Shown: positions 51,945-61,634 of the stretch, piece after piece
Layout of the letters: every line of letters begins with the position of its first letter
Numbering within the stretch: position 1 is the stretch's first letter
Virus record (IMG/VR): IMGVR_UViG_3300032046_000006
Location: 41,888 to 105,887 of that record
Strand: one strand, 5' to 3'
Length of the DNA: 64,000 nucleotides
DNA from: a virus
Notes under the pieces: model-generated
The model's database searches: none
Seen by the model: the letters and a program-made list of their open reading frames with translations, nothing else
What the model was told of the DNA's origin: nothing
Position numbers and translations under genes: made by a program

Positions 51945-52685
51945 TTATTTTATCTCCTTAAAATTTTTGAGAATTGAGTTGATAATAGCAATTCCTCCTT
52001 GAACCATTTTTTGACCTTCCATTTTTTTAGGTAATTCGAGAGTAAGAGAATATTTTACTCCCAATTTTTCAAGAAATCCTTCCAAACCAATGTCGTATTT
52101 TGGCGGAATAATTACTCCATTTTCTAAAGGCGTTTTATAAATTGTTTTTGCTTTAAGATAAGAAATAATGGCATCATTCTCCAATAATGCTTTTTGTGCT
52201 ATTGAGGGTAAATTTTCTGCTTTATGTTCGTAACAATAACATTCTGATTTATCAACATCACCGTGAATATCCAAAATTAAATCGGCTGTGCGGGGAAATT
52301 CTTCAAATAAAATAGCCAATTCTGGAACTTTAGAATCTTTCATAAAATGAGTATCGTTATTTGTTTCTTGTCTATTACCGTTGTTTCTATAATTTTTTTC
52401 ATAACCATAAGGATTACAAATTGGAAATATAAAATAATTAAAGTCGGGAAATAAAATCGGTTGTTTCAACCAATGAAGTAAGACATTAATAGAATAAAAT
52501 TCTTCTCCATGATGCCCTGAAGTTAAAATTACTGTCTTTTGAGCCATTTTAGAAATCAATTTTAATGCTAACATTGGGTAAATTTTGTTGGCATAAGTAA
52601 CATAACCAATAATTTCTATACGATAAGGAAGATTAAGATTAATCAACTCAGTAACTAATTTATTATACGACCTTACTGTTTTCAT
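51945..52685 (-). CDS. M14 family zinc carboxypeptidase / amidohydrolase
   Basis: GHHGEE, NPYG, RNN..TN, DIHG, TLE. Confidence 0.8.
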   Translation of the reverse strand: MKTVRSYNKLVTELINLNLPYRIEIIGYVTYANKIYPMLALKLISKMAQKTVILTSGHHGEEFYSINVLLHWLKQPILFPDFNYFIFPICNPYGYEKNYRNNGNRQETNNDTHFMKDSKVPELAILFEEFPRTADLILDIHGDVDKSECYCYEHKAENLPSIAQKALLENDAIISYLKAKTIYKTPLENGVIIPPKYDIGLEGFLEKLGVKYSLTLELPKKMEGQKMVQGGIAIINSILKNFKEIK

Positions 52686-53377
52686 TAATTCCTCTCAAGT
52701 GAGTCTCTTACAAAAGTCAAGACAAAATAAATAGCTTCTTTAATTTCTCTATAAGTAACACTGCCAGAAAATAACCTAAATTCAATTGTCTGGTAATCGT
52801 TCTTGGGTAGATGATTTACATTTAAACTATAATATTTTTCGTCTATGTAACCATATGTTCTGAAAGAATAATTACTTGAATTTCTAAACTTATGTATGGC
52901 TTCTTCCGTTAATTCTTTTACTTCATCTTTAGGTAAAAGTTTGCATGTATCTTCAAGTCTAAATTTATCTATTTCAAATCTCTTAACTATATAATCTTGT
53001 CGATGTACCCATTCGTTTATTATTTTGAGTATTTCAGAGTCTTTAAATTTTTTTGCGTCTAAATGAATATGTAATCCACATGTCTTTTTTCTAATAAATC
53101 CCCTATGAACTCTCACTATCGCCAATACTTCCGCTATCTGCATAAGAGATTCCTCATTCCAATAAAGATGATTTGAATTCTCTGGAGAAAGTTCAATTCC
53201 GTTGTCTAATGTCATATCCGACTTGATCTCCCAGCCTTTTAAGGTTTTACCCCTATCAATAAGTTTTTGAGCATCTTCTTTTTTAGGCAATTCAATTTCG
53301 AGTTCTGGTGCGAATCTAATGGATTCTATTTTTATTAATTTGATGTTATCTTTTTTAATTTTCTTTTTTCTTTTCAT
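52685..53377 (-). CDS. Amidoligase (COOH-NH2 ligase, Amidoligase_2-like)
   Basis: ELEIE, IKSD.TL, ELSP, CGLHIH, KYYSLN, TIEFR. Confidence 0.82.
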   Translation of the reverse strand: MKRKKKIKKDNIKLIKIESIRFAPELEIELPKKEDAQKLIDRGKTLKGWEIKSDMTLDNGIELSPENSNHLYWNEESLMQIAEVLAIVRVHRGFIRKKTCGLHIHLDAKKFKDSEILKIINEWVHRQDYIVKRFEIDKFRLEDTCKLLPKDEVKELTEEAIHKFRNSSNYSFRTYGYIDEKYYSLNVNHLPKNDYQTIEFRLFSGSVTYREIKEAIYFVLTFVRDSLERN

Positions 53378-53907
53378 TTTATTTAATAAGATGTAACATC
53401 ATAGCCAGCCAATTCCCAATCCCGCACGACCCAGCGTATACCAATAACATTTTTACGGAATCTGATTTATCCTTGGCTATTTTATTTATTATTCCCAAAT
53501 AAATTATCATGTAACTGAACATCAAAATACTTGATAGTCCAATAAGATAACGAGTAAGAGATAAAAGATAAAAAGTATAAAGAGTTTGCTCTCCCAATCC
53601 AATAAAGAATATTAGTATAAGTTTTTTCATTTTATTTCTGATTTTATCTTCTGTGATAAGTTAATCAGGTCGTGGTCAATTTCGTGCAATTCTCGTAAGT
53701 CTTTTTCTATTTTTTCTACGGTATAATCCCCTACTTTATGTCTGCAAAGAATACAAGATAATTCATCAATTGATGATTCTATTTCCATGACTATTTCACC
53801 CAATCTTTTTGCGTCGTTGTATAATATATCTTTTTGATAAGGGGAAGTATAATTTATATTCAATTTTTGGCAAATATCAATTATTGCACGAGATATGCTC
53901 TTGTCCA

Positions 53908-54171
53908 TTAATTTATATCTCCATTAGTTTCTCTGGCTTCATCTTCTCTTTTATCTAAATATCTACGTCTAAATTCATCTGCACAATGTTGAATGGCATA
54001 AACACATTCATGTAAAGTAGAGTAACGAAACTCTCTGGTAGACATAAATTTCTTCATAAGAACAAACACCAAATACTCCAAATCTCCTTTAGTTTCTATT
54101 TTTTCTAAATCATAGATTTGATTAGTAATCTTTGCGTATTTTCCTCTATCCTCTTGAGTAATGTAGGGCAT
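53908..54171 (-). CDS. Conserved phage protein (MPYI.. family)
   Basis: MPYITQEDR..GDLEY..EFRRR..ED.A..NGD. Confidence 0.55.
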   Translation of the reverse strand: MPYITQEDRGKYAKITNQIYDLEKIETKGDLEYLVFVLMKKFMSTREFRYSTLHECVYAIQHCADEFRRRYLDKREDEARETNGDIN

Positions 54172-55133
54172 ATTATCCTTTTACTCCATAAATGTCTTTC
54201 ATCAATTCTCGCTCAAGTTCTTTAGATATTTTTCCGTAACATAAAAAGTCTCTACGAATTTGTTTGCGTTCTATTCTCTTTTCTCCTTGCTTGAGCATCC
54301 ACTGAATTATTTTCCATGCGTTAGCAATATCTTTTTTGTATTGTTTATGTTTTTCAAATTGTTTTTTTTGTTCTTGATACTTTGGATTAAATTGGAGGAA
54401 TATCTCAGCATACATTCTCAATAAATATTTAAAATAACTCTTTAATACATCTCTCAAGAAATAAATTAATTGTTTAAGAGATTTCTTTTTCTTTGATTCT
54501 ATACGAAGAACCTTAATCAAATCTGCGTGCAATTTTATTATTTTTAGCATTTTTATTCAACTATAAATTTTTCTAAATCTTTTCTAATTAATTCATCCGA
54601 TTCTTCTGCATTGTTTCTAATATCTTCGTATTGGCAGAATAATTCATCATTATAAACTTCTTCTCCTTCTTCTGCATCTGGGTAAAAATCCATATGGGAA
54701 TCTTCAAACAACATTTCGGCTTTTTGTATTGCATCTTCTAAATCGGCAAATATACTTTCTTTTTTAAGAGGAAGTTTAGTTTTCCCAACCCAATAATCAT
54801 CAAAAATACTTCTAACTACTGCATAATGCCACTCTGATTTTTTCATTTATACCTCCTTATTCAAAATCTTATCGCAAATAATACATTTTGAAGTATTATG
54901 CGGATTGGGTTCTGATTTTTTACAAGTACAATAATCTATTACATAATTCCAAGTAGGTTCGGGTAATGTTATTTCTTTTACCTCAACTTTATCATAATAT
55001 CTATCCAAAATTAATTCTAAATTTGCTTTATCCATTGGAGGATAGGATTCGGTGGGATTTCTTCCCAATTCATTATAAATAATTTTAAATATTTTTTCGG
55101 TCATAGATTTTATCCTTTGCTTTGTCTATTAAA

Positions 55134-55541
55134 TTACTCAAATACAATCTCTTTTCCATTCCACTCTTTGCACCCACACCACTTATCGTGCCATGCTTCT
55201 CGGTCTGCCTCATCCCAAGCCTTGTCTGCCTCATCCCGAGCCTTGTATGCCTCATCCCGAGCATTGTCTGCCTCATCCCAAGCCTTGTATGCCTCATCCC
55301 GAGCCTTGTTTGCCTCATCCCGAGCCTTGTATGCCTCATCCCAAACCTTGCATGCCTCAACCAATTTCACAGGCAACTCTGCTATCGCTTCTTCTGGCAA
55401 TAGCTCAAGTAGGCGCAATCTTATCCCTTGTTCGTTTTTGGGTTTGGTATCTTTTATAGCTTTCACTCGCCCCTCATAATCATAGCACCATTCAAACATC
55501 TCCTTGTGATGAACATGTATTGCCCAACCTGTATTTTTCAT
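55134..55541 (-). CDS. Heptad-repeat protein, copy 1
   Basis: AAGGGAG RBS; HVHH N-domain, 7x DEA(Y/D/N)K(A/V)(R/W), WH..WCGCKEWNG C-domain. Confidence 0.75.
   Translation of the reverse strand: MKNTGWAIHVHHKEMFEWCYDYEGRVKAIKDTKPKNEQGIRLRLLELLPEEAIAELPVKLVEACKVWDEAYKARDEANKARDEAYKAWDEADNARDEAYKARDEADKAWDEADREAWHDKWCGCKEWNGKEIVFE
55203..55359. repeat. 21-bp tandem repeat, about 7 units
   Basis: TGCCTCATCCC recurs every 21 nt from 55206 to 55332. Confidence 0.95.
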
Positions 55542-56111
55542 AGTCTATTTATTCTCCCTTGATGTTTTCATTATAAATCCTCCTTTATCTCTTTGGCGAT
55601 TTTTTGGGCTAAATCTATAAAACTCCATTCAGTAGCAATATGTAATTCATTACCGCCTTGATAAAGTTTTAAAATTTTAATTATCTTCTCCAATATCTCT
55701 CTTATTGTTTTAGGTTTGCCCATTAGATTTCTCCTTTGCTTCCTGCTCTTTAATCTTTCGGCAAGTATCACATAAAGGAACTATCATTATTCTCCCTTGA
55801 TTTTTAATTTGAATTGGTTCCAACACGCTAATTGGTAATTCTAATCTGCATACGAAACATTGTCCAAATTTAGGCATTTTATCCTTTTATCCTATTAGCA
55901 TCACAAACATTATTTTTTAACAATTCTTTAATCAATTCAAAACCTTCTTCGTGCCAAAGTAAATGTTCGTTTTTACAAGTTCCATTAAGATGAGCAATTC
56001 GATAAATCGAATAAATTATTTTTTCGGCTTGTTCATGAGTTCGATTTCCATCTTGATAAACAATAGTCAATCCTTCAATAATTCTTAATTGTTGTTGTAA
56101 GGTTAATTTTT

Positions 56112-56636
56112 TCATTTTTTAAATACTTTTTTGATCCATCTAAAAGGTGCCATTAATGGGTTTAGTTTATTTACTTCATTTACTATCACTTCTGGAACTT
56201 TTGGTATCTCTACTTTTGTTTGCTGAGTAATGCTTGCCGAGCAAGATTTAACGCAAGCTACTTTTAAAATAGTAAATCCCATTGGTTGAATTGCCAATGC
56301 ACATTTTTCGGTACAAGTTTCTCCTACTCTTTGGTCAAGATAAACATCTCTATTATTTCTTATATTATTTTTATAATCGGTATCATAATCGTATGTTGCC
56401 CTAGTTATTTGGTGATATAATCCCAGTGCAAGAACTATCATTAAACCATAATAAATCAACTTCCCTTGGACTCCACCTGCAAAAATATTAAAACCTCCCG
56501 CAAATTTAGCAACACTAAAACTACCAGTAAAAATATTTTTAATTATACTTCCGCCCATTATAATTCCACCAACTATTAGTAGCAACCAGCCAAATTTAAG
56601 ACCTAAAATAAATTTTATAATCGTTAAATAATTCAT
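56112..56636 (-). CDS. Membrane protein
   Basis: Two hydrophobic segments plus a Cys-containing soluble part. Confidence 0.5.
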   Translation of the reverse strand: MNYLTIIKFILGLKFGWLLLIVGGIIMGGSIIKNIFTGSFSVAKFAGGFNIFAGGVQGKLIYYGLMIVLALGLYHQITRATYDYDTDYKNNIRNNRDVYLDQRVGETCTEKCALAIQPMGFTILKVACVKSCSASITQQTKVEIPKVPEVIVNEVNKLNPLMAPFRWIKKVFKK

Positions 56637-57803
56637 TATAATTTCTCCTTCTCTAATCGACACTCGCAATTAATACACTTTACTCCAGTAATAATATCAT
56701 TAAGATGAACTCCCTTTTTAATTAATACTATAGTATTTCTATTGCAGTTTGCACATCTTACACCCATAGTATAATAATCTTCGGCAAGTGCTTTTTTTGC
56801 ATAAGGACTTCCTTCTACAAAATAATTTTTTCCAAATAATTTAACTAATATTTTCATCTTATCTCCTTGTTAATCAAAATAAGTTTCTTTCCCGCAATAA
56901 AGTTGATATGTAAATCTATCCACATCATGCCTATACATTAGAGTAATTTTTTTATTTCCTTCTCTTATAATTGGTACAGTATTAACTCCCGCTATTTGCC
57001 AAAACTTATCCCAAGTTGCTTTATTAATCTTTTTAATGGGTTTCCCTCTACAAGAAAGTATTTCATTATACCTTAATTTTAACCATTCTCTAATTTCATT
57101 GTTAGTTAATCCCAATCTATATTTTCCAAAATCATAAATATCTAACATTTATTCCTCCTTATTAAGTAAACCAAATACATTATACAAATCAAACAAATTA
57201 TTAGTTCGTATATTTTCATTTTAGTTTGTTGGCTTTTTTATTTTTTCTAAATACCAATTTAATTCTTTTAATGGTTTTCTTTTTGTTTCTTGTTTAGTAT
57301 TAGGATTAATAATTTCTTGTTTTCTTTCATCAATAAGATGATTATACCAATCCGTTATCTTATTTACTTTATTATTATATGCTAATTGGCTTCTTTTTTT
57401 AATCGGAGTATGTCTCATTTTTCTAATTCCTCTCGAAGTATTAACTCCATCGTTCTTTCAGAATTACCAAATCCTGAAAATTCATTATCACAAAAAAATA
57501 GTTCAATATTAGGAATTCCTGTTAATTCTTGTATTGATTTTTCTAATTTGGTAACTTCTTTCCAATATTGTTCTTCTATTAATTTATAAGTTAATAAAAA
57601 GGGTTTAAGTCGTTTAATTAATTTTTTTGATTTTGGATACTTATATTTGTTTGTCATTTATTTTTCTTCTGCTTCTAATGAATCAGCTAAATCATTACAA
57701 AACTCTGCAAGGTCTCTTAAATCATCAATATCTAAATCATTTGCTTGTGCTATTAGTTCTTCAACTAAACTTTTATTTTTCATTTAATCTCCTTTTTTAA
57801 AAA

Positions 57804-57898
57804 CGAGGTGCAGAGAATTATCTCTTGACTTACTAACATTATCATTAACTTTATTCATTTCTCTTTCATTTGGTAAGATAATTGACATCTACACCTCG
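57804..57898 (-). ncRNA. Candidate structured intergenic RNA or attenuator
   Basis: 11-bp and 9-bp stems around a ~50-nt loop, followed by a U tract. Confidence 0.4.
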
Positions 57899-57925
57899 AT
57901 GGTTATTTTAATCTTTTATCTTTTT

Positions 57926-59089
57926 TTATAATTTAAATCCTTCTACTATCTGAACCCCTTTAAAATCTAATTCAAATGCTAATGTTATCGGTCTAATTTT
58001 GTTCGTTGAAAAAAACCATTGTTTTGGTTCTGTATAGATGCCATATAACTTACGGGCATAATCATCGAATGGTATCCATGCGCCATTTGTCAATAGAGTT
58101 CCTTTGTCTCCTATAGGGTCTTTCTCAAGAGAATGAAAATGTGCTAACATATAAATGTCATATTTTTCATCGGGCAAATTAATATAAGTATCTTTGGCTT
58201 TTCTAATACGAGTAGTTTTTGCTCCTCCTCCCGTTTCGTCCCCATGTGTCATATAAAATAGATGATTATATACTTTGGTGGAATAATAACGAGAAGTAGG
58301 AACAGTAATTGTTACTTTATCATTTTTAGCTGTTTTAAACATTAATTCTAAAGTTTTGTAAATATGATACTCTAAATAATTTTGAACTGGCATATCTGCT
58401 TTACGATTATTGGTTGCCATTGAATGATTACCTACCAAACAAAAAACTTCAACTTTGGGAAATAATTTACATAATTCATTTATTAAAAACGTAAAATCTC
58501 TTACTGCATCCCAAAGTTGGTCTCCTGCTATTTTCGTAATCTTAAATTCTTGTCCTTCAAAAACATATCCATCCCCATCAATTAAATCTCCTAATAAAAA
58601 AATATTTAATTTTTCAAAATAATAAGAACTTTTTTGCATTGAAATAATTTCTACAACCGAATCTAAATATCTCTGCAACATCCTCATTCTGATTTCATCG
58701 TCATAAGTAGTTATTTCTTTTTGCAGAGGAGGATAATAAATTTTATTTAATTTTCCTATGTGCATGTCAGAAATAATTAAATTTGCAATTTCAGTCTTCT
58801 TATTTCTTGCATAATTTGTTAAACATTTTACTGGTCTTAATCCGCATACATATTTGTCTATTTGACTATCGAAAATTTCAAATATTTGATTATATAATTC
58901 ACTTCTATTGTTTTTGTCTATATTTGCCTTTGGTCGATTTGCCTCTATCGGTTTTGATAAACCTAAATTTCTTCTTTTATGTTCAATAGAATAATTAGAT
59001 TTCCCCATTCTAATACCTATTTGAGTATCAGTTAATCCTTGGTTGACTAATTCTTTTAATTGATTAATTTCTGGGTTAGTCCAATTCAT
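57926..59089 (-). CDS. HTH + calcineurin-like phosphoesterase/nuclease
   Basis: MNWT..EI..L HTH; SDMHIG, LGDLIDG, VGNH, THGD, AHFH. Confidence 0.8.
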   Translation of the reverse strand: MNWTNPEINQLKELVNQGLTDTQIGIRMGKSNYSIEHKRRNLGLSKPIEANRPKANIDKNNRSELYNQIFEIFDSQIDKYVCGLRPVKCLTNYARNKKTEIANLIISDMHIGKLNKIYYPPLQKEITTYDDEIRMRMLQRYLDSVVEIISMQKSSYYFEKLNIFLLGDLIDGDGYVFEGQEFKITKIAGDQLWDAVRDFTFLINELCKLFPKVEVFCLVGNHSMATNNRKADMPVQNYLEYHIYKTLELMFKTAKNDKVTITVPTSRYYSTKVYNHLFYMTHGDETGGGAKTTRIRKAKDTYINLPDEKYDIYMLAHFHSLEKDPIGDKGTLLTNGAWIPFDDYARKLYGIYTEPKQWFFSTNKIRPITLAFELDFKGVQIVEGFKL

Positions 59090-59460
59090 TTTATCCATCC
59101 TATTCTTTGAAATACAAACAATATAATTAAAATAGATATAAATTTCATAACATAAAGCCAAAAAGTCAAATAACCAATGTATTTCGTATCGGAATTTTTT
59201 AAAGTAACTTTAATATCCCATAAAATATAAGCGAATAATATTGATACTGCATTTAAAATCATTTTTACCTCCCTGTAAAAGGATGGAAATACAAAAACAG
59301 ATAAAGTACAAAAAGTGAAAAATTAATTCCCGCAAAGTTATAATCTCTTGTAGTAGGAAGTAAATTTATTATACTCATTAGAAGAAAACTCCCTGTTGCC
59401 ACGATTTGTAAAATTGTTTGAATTAGCTGTAACATCTTAATCTCCTATAAACAAAAAATC

Positions 59461-59498
59461 CCCTATATACTTATTCCCAAAAAATAAGTTAATAGAGG
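59461..59498 (-). terminator. Probable intrinsic terminator
   Basis: CCTCTAT..ACTTATT-loop-AATAAGT..ATAGGGG followed by ATTTTTTGTTT. Confidence 0.5.
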
Positions 59499-59513
59499 AC
59501 AATAATAATTTAC

Positions 59514-60374
59514 CTAAATAAGAATCATTAAACTTAAACATAATTTGATAAGCGTTTGAGCTTTTAACCTTTCAATTAAAGTATCTGCTAAAAATCGATT
59601 TTTAGCAACCACTATTTTATTTCCTTTTGCTCGATTCTCCTCCGCCCAAAGTGGTTGTAGGTTAGTATAATGAAAGCATTTGCGTTGTTCACTCGGTTTG
59701 GTTAAGTCAAACGAGGCACAGGGTCTTATATGGTCTACATGCCATTTACCATAGTTATCCCAAGACATACCTTCAACGAATTTAGATTCTAAACGTTTCT
59801 TCAAATATTCAACGGAACACCCTAACAATTCAAGAGTTCTCGCCGACTTATCTTTGCCCTTTAATGCTTGATATAATCTTGTTCTTAAATATTTTAATAT
59901 TCTGAAATTTAAATCCTCTCTAAATCTCTTTTTTTGATACTTTATTATGTTTATATACCATTTTTGTTTGTTTTTTATACGCCAGTTCTTGCAGTGTTCA
60001 GAATGTGTTAAATTATAACATTTTTTACATAAAGATTGTGTTTTATAAAATTCGTTTATAGATTTAATTTCTTTACAATGACCGCACTTTTTGAATCCTT
60101 GATTTAATAAATCTTCTTTAATTTGATTATTTCTTAATCTTTTTGTGGCAGGATGTTTCAATCTATATTGCTTAGATTTTTCTTTTAATTCTTCTTTATG
60201 ATATTGATAATATTTTCTTGCTAATTTTTTGTGTTTCTTATTATAGTTATTACGGACTTTTCTTTGACATTCCCTACATTCAGGTCGTAAATGAAAACTA
60301 CCATCTCTACAATTTAATCCAAAATATTTAATTTCATATGGTTTTACTATACCACATTTTGAGCATCGTTTCAT
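59514..60374 (-). CDS. HNH endonuclease with Zn-finger repeats
   Basis: CSKC/CREC/CGHC; LLGCS..GMSWDNYGKWHVDHIRPC..HYTNLQPLWA.EN..K. Confidence 0.88.
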   Translation of the reverse strand: MKRCSKCGIVKPYEIKYFGLNCRDGSFHLRPECRECQRKVRNNYNKKHKKLARKYYQYHKEELKEKSKQYRLKHPATKRLRNNQIKEDLLNQGFKKCGHCKEIKSINEFYKTQSLCKKCYNLTHSEHCKNWRIKNKQKWYINIIKYQKKRFREDLNFRILKYLRTRLYQALKGKDKSARTLELLGCSVEYLKKRLESKFVEGMSWDNYGKWHVDHIRPCASFDLTKPSEQRKCFHYTNLQPLWAEENRAKGNKIVVAKNRFLADTLIERLKAQTLIKLCLSLMILI

Positions 60375-60934
60375 TTTAATCCTCTTTTTACCAGTCTTTT
60401 TCTAAATTCTAAAAGAATTTTAGATATTGCTTGATGAGTTATTTCTAACTTTTTTCCTATTTCTTCTTGAGAAATATCTGGATTTTCTAAATATAATTGA
60501 CAAATCCTTCTCTCGTTTTCAGTTTTACATTCGCTTAAAATATCTTCTATTGCAAGATTTGCATCTGGTTTCTCTGAACGAATATCCTCAATATTTATTT
60601 CCATTGGTTCTCCCTCTTCATTAGACTTAGAAAGAGATTCATAATTTATAGTATCCTCTATCTGAATTTCTGGTTGCCAAGTCCAAATACTAGCAAAAAA
60701 ATATTTTTCAAAAGATTCTTCCACATTATAATTTTTAATTATTTCCATAATTTTGATATATAATTCTTGTTTTATATCCGATATTTCAATATTGAACTTT
60801 TTTAATTCGTTACATATAAAATTTGCTTTCTTATTAATCGTTGGTTGCAACTTTTCAAAAATTTGAATCAATAATTTTTTATCTTTTTTCTTTTTATATT
60901 CTCTTACTAATTCTCCCAGTAGTTTATTGCCCAT
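60371..60934 (-). CDS. Sigma-70/ECF-like transcription factor
   Basis: DIKQEL..I.NYN..FEKY region 2; SQEEIGKKLEITHQAISK region 4 HTH. Confidence 0.7.
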   Translation of the reverse strand: MGNKLLGELVREYKKKKDKKLLIQIFEKLQPTINKKANFICNELKKFNIEISDIKQELYIKIMEIIKNYNVEESFEKYFFASIWTWQPEIQIEDTINYESLSKSNEEGEPMEINIEDIRSEKPDANLAIEDILSECKTENERRICQLYLENPDISQEEIGKKLEITHQAISKILLEFRKRLVKRGLK

Positions 60935-61634
60935 TTTATTCTCCTTTGTCTTTGGCTTCCCATTCATTATAACACTCTATCGAACACATGTATACTTTTT
61001 TTGCTTTACATAAAGCAATTAATTGTTTGTCTCGTTTCCCAATTTCTTTTTCACAATATTGACATATTATATTATCCATTTTTCTTTCTCCTTTCTTCTT
61101 CATCTGGATTTAAAATTTTAAATCCTTTTTCTCTTAAATTTCCAGTTAATAAATCTTTGTCCATTTCAGTTTCTCCAAGATATTTTATTTTATCTAATAT
61201 TCCTTTTTTCTTGGCTATCTCAAAAAATTCTTGAGACATTTCTTCACCTTCTTTTTTGCCTCGTTCTTTACCTAATATAATAGCTTCTTCCATAACTTGT
61301 AAATAAGTATCTACATTCATTGTCCAAATATCATTCATTTATCTCCTCCAAATCTTGTTCATAAGATTTTTTCCCTATAGGATTATCACATTCTTCTTCA
61401 TTTCCGAAACAATTACATTCTTCTTGAATACATCGGCATTGCCCTTGATGATGATAAATATAATAATATTCACAAGGAAAAATATCCCAAATCCAACCGC
61501 AATGATGGAAATTAAAACATTGAATACTATCATTAACCAATAAATACTCACAAGGATAAATACCTATCCATTCTTTACATCCTATACAATAAAATTTAGA
61601 TTTATCTTTATTAAAGGTCATTGGATTCTCTTTT

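Noticed and set aside
55203-55359. 21-bp repeats as a CRISPR array
   Set aside because: Units are contiguous with no unique spacers and encode an in-frame heptad; no cas genes
55085-55479. Alternative-frame ORFs over the repeats (MRHTRLG, CLIPSLV, PHPEPC; also 63688..63993)
   Set aside because: Shadow frames of a stop-poor repeat; only the DEAYKAR frame has an RBS and conserved flanks
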